IMG/VR virus record: IMGVR_UViG_3300037518_000322
Location: 1-64,000 of that record
Strand: one strand, 5' to 3'
Source of the DNA: a virus
Length of the DNA: 64,000 bases
The first letter of the stretch is position 1; the number at the start of each line of letters is the position of its first letter. Below are positions 8,995 through 18,010 of the stretch, piece after piece. Under the pieces are notes generated by a model. The model worked only from the letters and a program-made list of their open reading frames with translations. It had not been told where the DNA came from and did not search any database. The position numbers and the translations under genes were made by a program.

Positions 8995-9312
8995 AGTGTT
9001 CCGACCCCCCACCCTGAGTGTTCCGACCCCGTTCCGACCCCCTCGGAACGGTATCTGTGCAGGTCAGGGGGCCTGTGTTCCGGGTGTTCCGGGTGTTCCG
9101 AGTGAAACGAACAACTATTACGTGAGGAGGGGGTGTCTTTACCTACGCATGACGCTTTACCAACGCATTACACATGCGCGCACGTATATAGAAGGTTCCG
9201 AAAACCCCGGAACACCCAGGTACCCCGGAACACGCATGGTCTGACCTGCACAAACGCCGTTCCGACCCCCCGGAACACCCCCCGGAACACCCCGGAACAC
9301 CCCCCAGAACAA
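8995..9312. repeat. Putative replication origin: GTTCCG/CGGAAC iterons in an inverted arrangement around an AT-richer core
   Basis: Many GTTCCG copies on the left and CGGAACAC copies on the right; GTGCAGGTCAG / CTGACCTGCAC inverted pair; core contains TATATA. Confidence 0.6.
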
Positions 9313-9375
9313 GGGGTGCGGCGTCAACCCGGGTTGTCGTACGGTGCCCACCGGACAACGGCGAGGGGCAGGGGT

Positions 9376-9954
9376 ATGACGGATACGGGCACGGTGACCC
9401 GGGATGACATCAAGAAACTGTGCTGGCACCTGTCCGGCTGGACAGTCGAGCAACGGGACGTCGACGCTCTGCTGAACGCCATCGACGGTTACAGCGGGGG
9501 GTGCGGTGCGTCATGCGCTTCGCGCCCTGGCCTGCCCGGGGGTACGGGGGAGGCTGTACCCGCCCTCACGGCGCCCGCAGAGACCACGGCGGGGGAAGTG
9601 GACCCCCAGCACGCGTACGCGCCCGAGACGGCCGCACAACCGTTTAGGTTCGATGGAACGATCACCGTGCGGCTGGTCTGCGACGCGCATGAGCCGCTGT
9701 CCACACAAACGGCGACGGAACCCGATGCCGGACCGGTCACAGAACACGAACCCGTGGCGCACGCCGCGCCCGTAGTCCCGGACACCACACGCGTATGCCA
9801 CAAGAGGCACTGTGAGGTGGGCACCGCACCGCAGCCGATCACGGAGTTCGCGCGGAACGCCAAGGGTGGCGAGGAACGCAAGTACGTGTGCCGCACGTGC
9901 GAGAACAAACGCAAGCGTGAGTGGCGCACACAACGGCGCAAGCGGGCAGCCTGA
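9376..9954 (+). CDS. Hypothetical protein with C-terminal zinc finger
   Basis: MTDTGTVTRD...CHKRHC...F.RN...CRTC followed by a basic tail. Confidence 0.65.
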   Translation: MTDTGTVTRDDIKKLCWHLSGWTVEQRDVDALLNAIDGYSGGCGASCASRPGLPGGTGEAVPALTAPAETTAGEVDPQHAYAPETAAQPFRFDGTITVRLVCDAHEPLSTQTATEPDAGPVTEHEPVAHAAPVVPDTTRVCHKRHCEVGTAPQPITEFARNAKGGEERKYVCRTCENKRKREWRTQRRKRAA

Positions 9955-9955
9955 C

Positions 9956-10288
9956 ATGGCGATCATCCGGCGTTACGGCCTGTACCCGGCATTTTTCGTG
10001 CCCGATGAGGGGGAACGCGTACTGGCCTCCCGCTCACCGGCCGGACCGTTCTGCGAGGCGTACGTGACCCTCGTACGGCGCGCGTCACGCGACACGGTCC
10101 GCATCGATTTCGTGTGGCAGGAAACGGATCCCGTCTCCCCCTACGGCACGGGAGTGCACGAGGGGGAGAAAGGACACGTGTACGTGAGCACGGGGGACAC
10201 CGTGCCGCTCATCAGGCGCATCCCTTACGGATACCGCAGACGGCAGAACACGGACCCCCCGCCCGACGCACGGGCAAAGGATCCGTGA
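9956..10288 (+). CDS. Hypothetical protein
   Basis: MAIIRRYGLY... directly after the upstream stop. Confidence 0.6.
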   Translation: MAIIRRYGLYPAFFVPDEGERVLASRSPAGPFCEAYVTLVRRASRDTVRIDFVWQETDPVSPYGTGVHEGEKGHVYVSTGDTVPLIRRIPYGYRRRQNTDPPPDARAKDP

Positions 10289-10294
10289 CACACG

Positions 10295-10738
10295 TCAGCG
10301 CTTCAGCGCCGGATCCAGCGCCGTACCCGCGATCCGGCACGGACGTGACGTGACCCGAAGGCGCAGACCACGCGGACCGACCGACACACGGTCGAGCCGG
10401 ATCGTCCGCACCGCAATGCCCTCACGTCCCGACTGGTCGAGAACGGTCACTATGACGTAGGGCATGCCGTCCAGGCTCCATCCCATTTCGATGGGTTCGA
10501 CCATGCGCCGTACGGGCTTGGACGTGAGCATGGGCCGCTTGCCGAACAGCGCCATGGCGAACCGCTCGCCGGTGAAACGGCGCGGGTTGCCCCGCTTGTC
10601 TTTGGCCTCTTTGAAGAACCAGACCTCAACGGTGCGGCGCGTCTCGATGGCCGTTTCCATGATCTCGAACGCTTCGAGCGTCTCGATCTGGTTCGGCAAC
10701 CGGTGAACGGGCCGCTCCTGTGGCGTGAGTGCGCGCAT
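10295..10738 (-). CDS. WYL-like domain protein
   Basis: AIETRRTVEV...R.VEP...RTIRLDRV pattern typical of WYL domains; AAGGAGAGG RBS. Confidence 0.55.
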   Translation of the reverse strand: MRALTPQERPVHRLPNQIETLEAFEIMETAIETRRTVEVWFFKEAKDKRGNPRRFTGERFAMALFGKRPMLTSKPVRRMVEPIEMGWSLDGMPYVIVTVLDQSGREGIAVRTIRLDRVSVGPRGLRLRVTSRPCRIAGTALDPALKR

Positions 10739-10741
10739 GGT

Positions 10742-10873
10742 TCACCTCTCCTTACGCAAGTTGAGGTACACGCGCCACGGTCCGAGACCTGATGCGCGGG
10801 CCCATGCGACGGCTTCGGCCCTGGTGGCGAAGCGCATGCGTCCGCACGGCCAATGTGTGGCAATGGCGAACAT
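10742..10873 (-). CDS. Small hypothetical protein, 43 aa
   Basis: MFAIATHW...FATRAEAVAWAR; GACAAGAAAGGCGG RBS. Confidence 0.5.
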   Translation of the reverse strand: MFAIATHWPCGRMRFATRAEAVAWARASGLGPWRVYLNLRKER

Positions 10874-11034
10874 ATGCCGCCTTTCTTGTCGGTGAACGTG
10901 TGATCCGGCGTGATGTGAGGTGACGTCACGGTGCATGACATATGACGTCACCTCATCGCCGCCCGAACGAACGTTCGGTTGTACGTGCCGAAAGTGATCA
11001 AACCTCAACTTAGGTCGAGGTTCAGACCGCCCGG

Positions 11035-11112
11035 TTACAGGTGGCCGGACGGGGTGAACAGTGCGATGAGTCCGGCGGTGATGCCGTCGAATGCGGCCAG
11101 GATGCGGTTCAT
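11035..11112 (-). CDS. Putative 25-aa peptide
   Basis: MNRILAAFDGITAGLIALFTPSGHL; same GACAAGAAAGGCGG RBS as the 10873 gene. Confidence 0.4.
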   Translation of the reverse strand: MNRILAAFDGITAGLIALFTPSGHL

Positions 11113-11195
11113 GTGATCCGCCTTTCTTGTCGAGTACATGTCACATGTGGTGGTGTTGCAGTCCCAGTACAGCCCAGACAGGGCGCAGTAGTGCG

Positions 11196-11399
11196 CTAGT
11201 GCCGCAAGCCCAACTCACACGTCGCGCACGGCTCCCTGCTACCCCCCAGGATCCGGACCGGGCGCAGCACCGCCCCCGGCATGATCGGCGCAGCGGCCCA
11301 TTTCGGGCAGTCACCCTCCCACTCAGTCCCGTCCGGCCACACGATGAGCCATCCCTTACGGAGTTTCACAGTTGCCTCTCCCTCACTCTGTGCGGACAA
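11196..11399 (-). CDS. Small hypothetical protein (start uncertain)
   Basis: ...KLRKGWLIVWPDG...CATC; GGAGAGG RBS before an internal GTG. Confidence 0.45.
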   Translation of the reverse strand: MSAQSEGEATVKLRKGWLIVWPDGTEWEGDCPKWAAAPIMPGAVLRPVRILGGSREPCATCELGLRH

Positions 11400-11449
11400 G
11401 AGGCCGTCACGTTCCCTGGGGAACGTGACGCCTCTTCAGCCGGACAGCG

Positions 11450-11722
11450 TCAGATTTCGATGCCGTATTCCACCTGCCCCCGTCCGTTACGACGGCAGAC
11501 GGCTGATTCGTGGCATGTCTGTCCGGCGTAGCGGAACTCCCCCAGGGTGAACCACACGCCCCCTTGACGTGAGAGCAGCACCACGGCATGGGCGTGCTCC
11601 CGCAGCGGGGCAGGCACATCGAACATGTGAACCCGCTTGACGTACCTGTCCGCTACCACAAGGGGCATGGTGTCGGGGTGGGCCATGCCTTCAAAGGTGC
11701 GGCCGCTACGTACGATCATGAT
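11450..11722 (-). CDS. Hypothetical protein (start approximate)
   Basis: MIVRSGRTFEGM...; GAGGAG RBS. Confidence 0.5.
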   Translation of the reverse strand: MMIVRSGRTFEGMAHPDTMPLVVADRYVKRVHMFDVPAPLREHAHAVVLLSRQGGVWFTLGEFRYAGQTCHESAVCRRNGRGQVEYGIEI

Positions 11723-11819
11723 CGTCTCCTCATCTCCGGTTGGCTTCCCGCAACGCACGGGGACCACACGCCCCTCTTTGGGGGTTGTGGTCCCCGTGCG
11801 CTCCGAGTGCTCACCGGCA

Positions 11820-13064
11820 CTATCCGCGCACTGCTGTCAGCTCTTCGCGAAGCTGCGCATTCTCCTCATGGAGCCGCGCATTCTCGATGGCAAGTTCGCG
11901 TGCCTTACGGCGCCGTGTTGCGTTCCGGCGTTGTGTCCGTGTCAACGGTGTCCGGTTGTCCGGCGTCACCGGACACTCGACCGCCATAGGGTCCGGGCGC
12001 ACCGTTCCTTCGGCGGTGTCGAACATCGTTCCGGCACTGGCCTTGAAACCTGTCCGTGTGTCCACGGCAGCATCGTCCGAGGGACGTTCCGGCAGGGGGT
12101 CTCCCGCCTGCCGTACCGTCACCGGACCGGCCATCGGTTCCAGCGGGTGACCCTGCACCAGGGCGGAACCATCACTGCGCCCGTGACCCCTGCCCCCTAC
12201 AGCGGCACCGGCCTTACCCGCGACCAGCCGTGACCCCTGCCCCCCTACGGTGTCCAGCGGCTTCACGGTGTCGTCCGGGGGGACCACGGTGAGCGCACGT
12301 GTCACGTTGTCGTAGGTGACTGTCTGCGCGTCCATCAACGCTTCCAGGCGGCGTGTCAGCGTGGACACGTGCTCACTCTGCGCCTTACGTCCCGCGTCCG
12401 AACGCGGCTTACGTGTGCGCCGGTATTCCAGTGCGGCACGGATGTTGTCTTCCGTCGCTTCGGCTTCTTCGAGGCGTGTCCGTCCCTTGGGGCCCATCAC
12501 GGGAACCTCGACGGTGCCCCGCCCGAACGCCCCGTCAATCTCCGTAAGCCGTAGCTTGTGGGACGTCTCTGGGGCACCGACACGTGTACCGGTGTCCGTC
12601 ACGTCCATACGTGGCTCACTGAGAGCCTTCGACGCCGGTACGGGCTCCGAGTGCACGGTGTGCGATCTGATGGCGCCCTTGACGTCAGACAGCGGCACGT
12701 GAGCACCGCACAACGGGCACGTACCCGAACGCCGCACCTTCGGCGCCGGAGCATCGTCCGAGGATGCCGCACCCTTGACGCTCTTCTTACGCCCCACCTT
12801 CACGTCACCCATCGGGCCAATGGACATGACCTGTTCGGAACCGGGGACCGGCATGACCAGGCAGTCACCGACCGCCGTCACCGGTTCACCCGTGGTGGGG
12901 TTCACGCACTTGCCCGTCATGCGCTCACCAGCGAACACGTACCGCTTACCGTCCGCCTTGACGATCTTCCCGTCGTCCATCAGCCGGTTACGCGCCCCGT
13001 GCTGCTTCGACACGAACACGCGGACCAGTGCCGCATACTTCGCATCGGACAGTTTTCTGCTCAT
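11820..13064 (-). CDS. Hypothetical basic protein with CxxC...H zinc motif, 414 aa
   Basis: CPLCG...IRSH motif, C-terminal coiled coil; GGAAGG RBS. Confidence 0.7.
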   Translation of the reverse strand: MSRKLSDAKYAALVRVFVSKQHGARNRLMDDGKIVKADGKRYVFAGERMTGKCVNPTTGEPVTAVGDCLVMPVPGSEQVMSIGPMGDVKVGRKKSVKGAASSDDAPAPKVRRSGTCPLCGAHVPLSDVKGAIRSHTVHSEPVPASKALSEPRMDVTDTGTRVGAPETSHKLRLTEIDGAFGRGTVEVPVMGPKGRTRLEEAEATEDNIRAALEYRRTRKPRSDAGRKAQSEHVSTLTRRLEALMDAQTVTYDNVTRALTVVPPDDTVKPLDTVGGQGSRLVAGKAGAAVGGRGHGRSDGSALVQGHPLEPMAGPVTVRQAGDPLPERPSDDAAVDTRTGFKASAGTMFDTAEGTVRPDPMAVECPVTPDNRTPLTRTQRRNATRRRKARELAIENARLHEENAQLREELTAVRG

Positions 13065-13069
13065 GGTCG

Positions 13070-13925
13070 GATTCCTTCCCTCTCACCCAAAAGCCGGTTT
13101 ACACACAGTGATTGCCGGTTTACTCTCAGTAGTTGCTTCGGAGGGAAACGGGCGCGAAGGTGACCAGACCACACGAGGCGGTCACCTCTCGCACGCCCGT
13201 AACCCTTGGGTTGAAACGGCCCGTTCGGTCATCCGGCCAAGGATTCCGACACAGACCCTTGCCCCCCGGCGCGCATGCTAGACGCACCACAGGGACGAAA
13301 TGTTGGCGTAGAAAAGCCACTGGCGAACTCTCACTCGCGGGACCGCCGCTCACCCCATTACGGGCACTCCCCCATCAGGGGGGCTGAGAGACATCGACAC
13401 AAGGGGAACACCCCGGGTCACGCAACCGGCAGGCACTCGCACACACCACGGATGGCGTGCGGGCATGCACCGCATAGGCGCGTCAAGCATCGAAGGCCCA
13501 ACCACTCGCCCCCACAGGGGGATGGTCGCCGGATCGGCGGGCCTCACACCCCTAGGGGCATGGCTCAGGCACTTCACGTACCCCGACCACAAGGGCCGAC
13601 CGCATCTCGGTATGGCAAAAGCACACTGTGAAGGGGTCACGTCCGTCTCACGACGATGCTCACCCATTGACTGAGGAACAAGCACTACACGGGAAGGTTC
13701 GCACTCGCAGACTTCACGAGGTGAACACGCCAAACAACAGCGCTCACGCGGTCACGTGACTCTGGCCCATGGAAAAGACCGACGCGGGATGGTTGGCGCA
13801 CAACACGCGCACCGACCACGAGCCCACGAAAAACGATCTTGAGGTTCCAAGATCACCAAGGATGATCGCGAACGATCACCCATGGCGACCCTGGGAGGAC
13901 CGGAAAACCGGCCCACCCCAGGAAC
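13070..13925 (-). ncRNA. Candidate large structured ncRNA or long leader RNA
   Basis: No credible CDS; continuous hairpins and junctions plus a long-range helix (13275-13288 with 13477-13490); many mismatches read as G-U on the minus strand. Confidence 0.5.
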
Positions 13926-13932
13926 GACGCGC

Positions 13933-14469
13933 CTAGACCTCCCCGCGCAACACACGCCCCCAAATGCACGCGACCGCATACCCAGCCCCACCACGCCGCA
14001 GCCCGTTCCGCCGCCACTCCTCAACACGCGAACGCGGCTCCCACGTCACCCAACCGCCCCCGTGGTCCTCCATCCGAACCTCAGACGTCTCGTACTCGAC
14101 CGGCACGACAGGCGCCGGAGCATCCCCCACCTTCGCCAGAGACACACCCACGGGCACGACAGGAGCGGCGACGGGAAGCGGCTGGACGTCCGTGTACACC
14201 CAGACGTTCCGCGCACACGGCTCACACAGAACCTCAACTGCGCCCGGTCCCGACTCCTCCGACGCGGGGTAGTAACGCGCCGTGTGCGTGGCCGGACAGA
14301 CGTCGCCGAACCCCGCGCACTGCGAGCAGTGGGGCGCCTCGACGGACACGGCCACGGGGAGCGCGACACGGGCCAGGCCAGGCGTGGGCGCCCCCTGCGC
14401 GGGCGCGACGACACGGTGGGGCTCGGAGTTCAGGGCAGCACGGATCATCGACTCGGCGCTCATGATCAT
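13933..14469 (-). CDS. Hypothetical protein with CxxC...CxxC
   Basis: 178 aa; CSQC...CEPC; GGAGAGG RBS. Confidence 0.55.
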   Translation of the reverse strand: MIMSAESMIRAALNSEPHRVVAPAQGAPTPGLARVALPVAVSVEAPHCSQCAGFGDVCPATHTARYYPASEESGPGAVEVLCEPCARNVWVYTDVQPLPVAAPVVPVGVSLAKVGDAPAPVVPVEYETSEVRMEDHGGGWVTWEPRSRVEEWRRNGLRRGGAGYAVACIWGRVLRGEV

Positions 14470-14843
14470 CCTCTCCGGGCGCGAGTGGGCACGCGCGCGT
14501 GTCGCGCGTGCCCTCCTCGCCCCCTCTCTCTCTCGTGGTGTGCCCCCAGTCTAACGCCCCATGGCCCATTTGGGTCGAGGAGAGGTAACGGAGAGGTCAC
14601 GGAGTGATAACGGTGGAGTGCTCACGCAGCGTGAACCGGCGGTCACAGAGCGTGAACCGGCGCTCACGTGAGCGGAGCCGACATCGGGGGCAGGTCCGAC
14701 ATGGGGGAGATGTCCGATTTGCTCGATTTGCGCAGGGGCCGGACGCGCAGTGCCTCAGAAAATATATACCGCCGACAGCCCTATAACGATTTCCGACATA
14801 TAGGGCATATCGACCGCCGTCGTGCCCATGGGACACTACCTCC

Positions 14844-15104
14844 ATGGCAACCGCAGATGTCGAATCCACATTCCTCGCCCACCAGGAGCGAGCCCACCAG
14901 TCCATCAGGGACCGGACGTTCCCCGTCGTGCTGCCGGTGGAGCTGCGTGACTGGCTGGCCGCGCGACTGGACAGGGAAGAGGAGCAGGTCACACTGCGCG
15001 GTGAAGGACTGCCCGTCACGCTTGAGGCCCTGGTCGCCAGCACGGTGGAGATGCTGCTGTGGCGGTACAAGGAATGTTGCGACGACGAGGACTCGGCGCT
15101 GTGA
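14844..15104 (+). CDS. Hypothetical protein
   Basis: 86 aa ORF overlapping the next start (GTGA). Confidence 0.55.
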   Translation: MATADVESTFLAHQERAHQSIRDRTFPVVLPVELRDWLAARLDREEEQVTLRGEGLPVTLEALVASTVEMLLWRYKECCDDEDSAL

Positions 15105-15487
15105 ACTGCCCCGAGTGCGACACCCCGCTGCTGTGGGGCGGCACGACCTGGGTCCCCCACACCGGCACCCGCCACGCTGCGCTGCGCAGGATCCTCCTGA
15201 AGGCCGCTGTGCGGCAGTTGCGGGTGGAGTACGTCTACCGCGCCAAGGGGTGGCTGCTGGCGCGGGACCGTGCGTCGGTGCTCATCGTGTGGCGGGTACG
15301 GGGCGGCCCGCGTGGGACGCACTACTACCGCTCCGAGTGCCCCGGCGATCTGTGGGACGACGATGCCATGGGCCGGGAGCGCCTGCTGGCCGCGCTGGGG
15401 CTCAGCATGCGGGACGGCTGTGAGGCGCTGGAGGGTTTCCGCCCTCATCACATGCAGGTGACGTACCGCGTCTTCGACGAGCGGTGA
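15101..15487 (+). CDS. Hypothetical protein with N-terminal CxxC
   Basis: GTG start (MNCPECDTP...) after GAGG RBS. Confidence 0.55.
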   Translation: MNCPECDTPLLWGGTTWVPHTGTRHAALRRILLKAAVRQLRVEYVYRAKGWLLARDRASVLIVWRVRGGPRGTHYYRSECPGDLWDDDAMGRERLLAALGLSMRDGCEALEGFRPHHMQVTYRVFDER

Positions 15488-16136
15488 CCGCGCCGCCCAG
15501 CTCCGCCATCAGCGACGCCCCGACCAGCTCCGTGTACACCGGGGGCACCGCCTGGCGTATCCCGTCCTGGTTCGCCCACGGCATCTGCATGACCTCCCGG
15601 GCCACTGCCAGCCCGGAGAAGTTCCCCACGAAGCTGTGGTGCTCCCCTGCGCCCGCTGCGCGGCCCATCCTGGCCGTGGGCGCGGTGTGCCGGGGATGTG
15701 TGGGCACACCGGCTTTCAGGGGCCAGTTGGTTTCGAACAGCCGGTGCCGGTAGGTCTTCAGGCCGAACATGGCGCCGCACAGCACCACCGCATCCTCAAG
15801 CGGGGCGCCGGGCACGTTCTCGATGACGTACGGCCGCCCTGTGGCCCGCAGAGCGTCCCGTACGGGGCCGATGAGGTCCGGGTGCCGGTAGGCGACGGGA
15901 GCCCCGTGACGGGCGTTCGTGTAGGCGCGGCAGGGCGGTGAGGCGTGGATGGCGTCGTACTCCTGGCCGTGCTCTGCGAGGTGGGTGAGTGCGTCGCCGT
16001 GGACGAACTCCATCGCGGGCGGGTGCATCGGCATGGGCCGGATGTCGACGCCGGTGACGTCGAAGCCTGCCAGGTGGTACCCCCATCCCGCGCCTCCCTG
16101 GCCGCAGAACAGGTCCAGCAGTCGTGGCCGTCCCAT
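15402..16136 (-). CDS. DNA cytosine (C5) methyltransferase-like protein
   Basis: Motif I LLDLFCGQGG, motif IV HASPPC, motif VI VIENV, YRHRLF, C-terminal AVPP. Confidence 0.85.
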   Translation of the reverse strand: MGRPRLLDLFCGQGGAGWGYHLAGFDVTGVDIRPMPMHPPAMEFVHGDALTHLAEHGQEYDAIHASPPCRAYTNARHGAPVAYRHPDLIGPVRDALRATGRPYVIENVPGAPLEDAVVLCGAMFGLKTYRHRLFETNWPLKAGVPTHPRHTAPTARMGRAAGAGEHHSFVGNFSGLAVAREVMQMPWANQDGIRQAVPPVYTELVGASLMAELGGAVTARRRRGTSPACDEGGNPPAPHSRPAC

Positions 16137-16222
16137 GAAAACACCCCCTGGCCTTTGAATTCAGGCTAGGGGGTGCAAAACACCTTGTAATCCCAGACGT
16201 GGCTCGGCGGGCTGGTTTCACA

Positions 16223-16498
16223 TCAACGGCCGGGTACTCCTGGGTGTGCCTGCGTGTACGCGCATTCCTGGAACACCAGCCGGTCCCCGCACCGGCGCAC
16301 GAGGGCCGTCAGGCGCGAGTACGTCGTCATGGAGCAGTCGATGAGCTGCGCGCGCACCGTCGGGTGGCAGTCGTCGCAGGCGCGCACCACGACATCCAGG
16401 CAGCCGTGTGCCCGGCCGTCCTTGGCGCTGTAGCCCTCGACGGACACGGTCGCAGGGTTCGGGCAGTCGCCCACATGGTCGTCGAAGACGGTTGCCAT
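16223..16498 (-). CDS. Hypothetical Cys-rich protein
   Basis: 91 aa, AAGGAGG RBS. Confidence 0.6.
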   Translation of the reverse strand: MATVFDDHVGDCPNPATVSVEGYSAKDGRAHGCLDVVVRACDDCHPTVRAQLIDCSMTTYSRLTALVRRCGDRLVFQECAYTQAHPGVPGR

Positions 16499-16514
16499 GG
16501 TGCCTCCTTCGATT

Positions 16515-16874
16515 CTAAGACGTGGGTCGGAGACCCTCTTCAGATTCCCAGGGCAGCGCCAGTCCGTCGCCCTGGGCGCGTGGTACGAGATGCAGGTGGA
16601 GATGGAAGACGGATTGTGTGGCGTGGCGGCCCTTGCTGGTGATCAGGTTGTAGGAGCCCATGCCGTTGAGGAGTTCGGCGGCGCGGAACATGGTCATCGC
16701 GGAGACGTCCGGGTCGGTGACGAAGTCGCGGACATGCTCGCGGGGGATGACGAGGATGTGTCCTTCGACGACGGGGTTGAGGGGCGCAATCGCGAGGGCG
16801 TCGTCCCACTCTTCGACGATCATGGCGGGTGCGCGTCCAGCGGCGATCTCGCAGAACGGGCAGGGATCACCCAT
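16515..16874 (-). CDS. HIT (histidine triad) family protein
   Basis: CPFCEI N-terminus, GHILVIPREH, HLHLHLVPR triad. Confidence 0.9.
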   Translation of the reverse strand: MGDPCPFCEIAAGRAPAMIVEEWDDALAIAPLNPVVEGHILVIPREHVRDFVTDPDVSAMTMFRAAELLNGMGSYNLITSKGRHATQSVFHLHLHLVPRAQGDGLALPWESEEGLRPTS

Positions 16875-18009
16875 GGTCCGCCCCGCCCTGGTGACGGGGT
16901 GACACGCAGATCTGGCCGGTGAATTTCTGGTTGAGGCGGCAGCGCTCCCGTAGCCGCTCCCGCCACACGCCGAGTTCCTTCGCGGTGTCGTCGGTGCCCC
17001 CCTGGGCCCGCATGTGGTCGACGAGCGCCTCGGTGACGGCCCTCGCGGTCTCGCAGGCCGTGGACAGGTAGGACTTCAGGTAGGGGCGGATCAGGGTGAG
17101 GATGTGATCGGGGAGCTGCTCCCGTGTGTCGCCCGGCGGGGGCGGTGTCCATTCCTGGTCGAGCGCCCGGCGCAGGGCTGCGATCTCCGCGTCCCGTGCT
17201 ACCACCATCTGCCGGTACTCGTCGCACTTCTGGTCGCTGTACTTCTTGGCCGCGCGCAGTTGCTCCACCTCGTGGTCCCGCACTGCGAGGACAACGTCGG
17301 CGCTGGCCTGCCAGATGTCCCAGAATTCGTGTTCCTTGTCTGGGACGTCGACTCCGATTTTGTCGCAGTCGTGGATGGCGAGTGCTTCGGTGAGCTGCTC
17401 GCGGAGTGCGGTACGGCGGGATGGCGTGTCGGCGTTGTCGGGTTGGTATGCACATTCGGCGCCGCAGCCGTGGCACCACGGCTTGTGGTCCCGCTTGCGG
17501 CAGCCGCAGGTGCAGGGCGCCGCTTGGGCCGCTGCCGGGCCGGACGTGGGTGTGTCGAGACGTCGCTCCTCACACACGTCTTCTTCCTCGATCGTCTGGT
17601 GCGGGAGTTCGCAGATCCCACTGGGCTTCTGATGCAGCTCGGCGGCCCGCGCGTGGATCGCATCCCATGGCGCACCGGTTCCCAAGCCCAGCGCCTCGGA
17701 CAGGGCGAGGCGATGCTCCTCAGCCTGCGGGTGGGGCGTCTGCTGTGCCTCGAACCACTCGGCTGCGCGTTCGCTGTCCTTGGCAGCCTGGACGGCGCGT
17801 GCGGTGGCCGCCCGCTCCATCTCCGGATCGATGGGCCGGGCGGTGAAGTAGTTCAAGGGGAACGGCAGTGACGGCCGGTACGCCGGGCATGCGCACTCCA
17901 TGCAGACTCGGGGCAATGGCGCGCAGTGCTCGGGGTCGATGTGGCTGCACGTGCAACGCGTGTATTCCGGCCACCACTTGGGCGGCGGGAGTTCCATGTT
18001 GTCGGTCAT
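16867..18009 (-). CDS. Mosaic hypothetical phage protein
   Basis: MTDNMELPPP...; several Cys clusters and a coiled coil; GGGAGG RBS. Confidence 0.6.
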   Translation of the reverse strand: MTDNMELPPPKWWPEYTRCTCSHIDPEHCAPLPRVCMECACPAYRPSLPFPLNYFTARPIDPEMERAATARAVQAAKDSERAAEWFEAQQTPHPQAEEHRLALSEALGLGTGAPWDAIHARAAELHQKPSGICELPHQTIEEEDVCEERRLDTPTSGPAAAQAAPCTCGCRKRDHKPWCHGCGAECAYQPDNADTPSRRTALREQLTEALAIHDCDKIGVDVPDKEHEFWDIWQASADVVLAVRDHEVEQLRAAKKYSDQKCDEYRQMVVARDAEIAALRRALDQEWTPPPPGDTREQLPDHILTLIRPYLKSYLSTACETARAVTEALVDHMRAQGGTDDTAKELGVWRERLRERCRLNQKFTGQICVSPRHQGGADHG

Positions 18010-18010
18010 G

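Noticed and set aside
8995-9312. CRISPR array
   Set aside because: Repeats are 6-11 bp, irregular and in both orientations, with no unique spacers or cas genes
13070-13925. Group I/II intron or short ORFs
   Set aside because: No recognisable intron core motifs or interrupted gene by eye; ORFs lack RBS and phage-like composition. A covariance search is still needed
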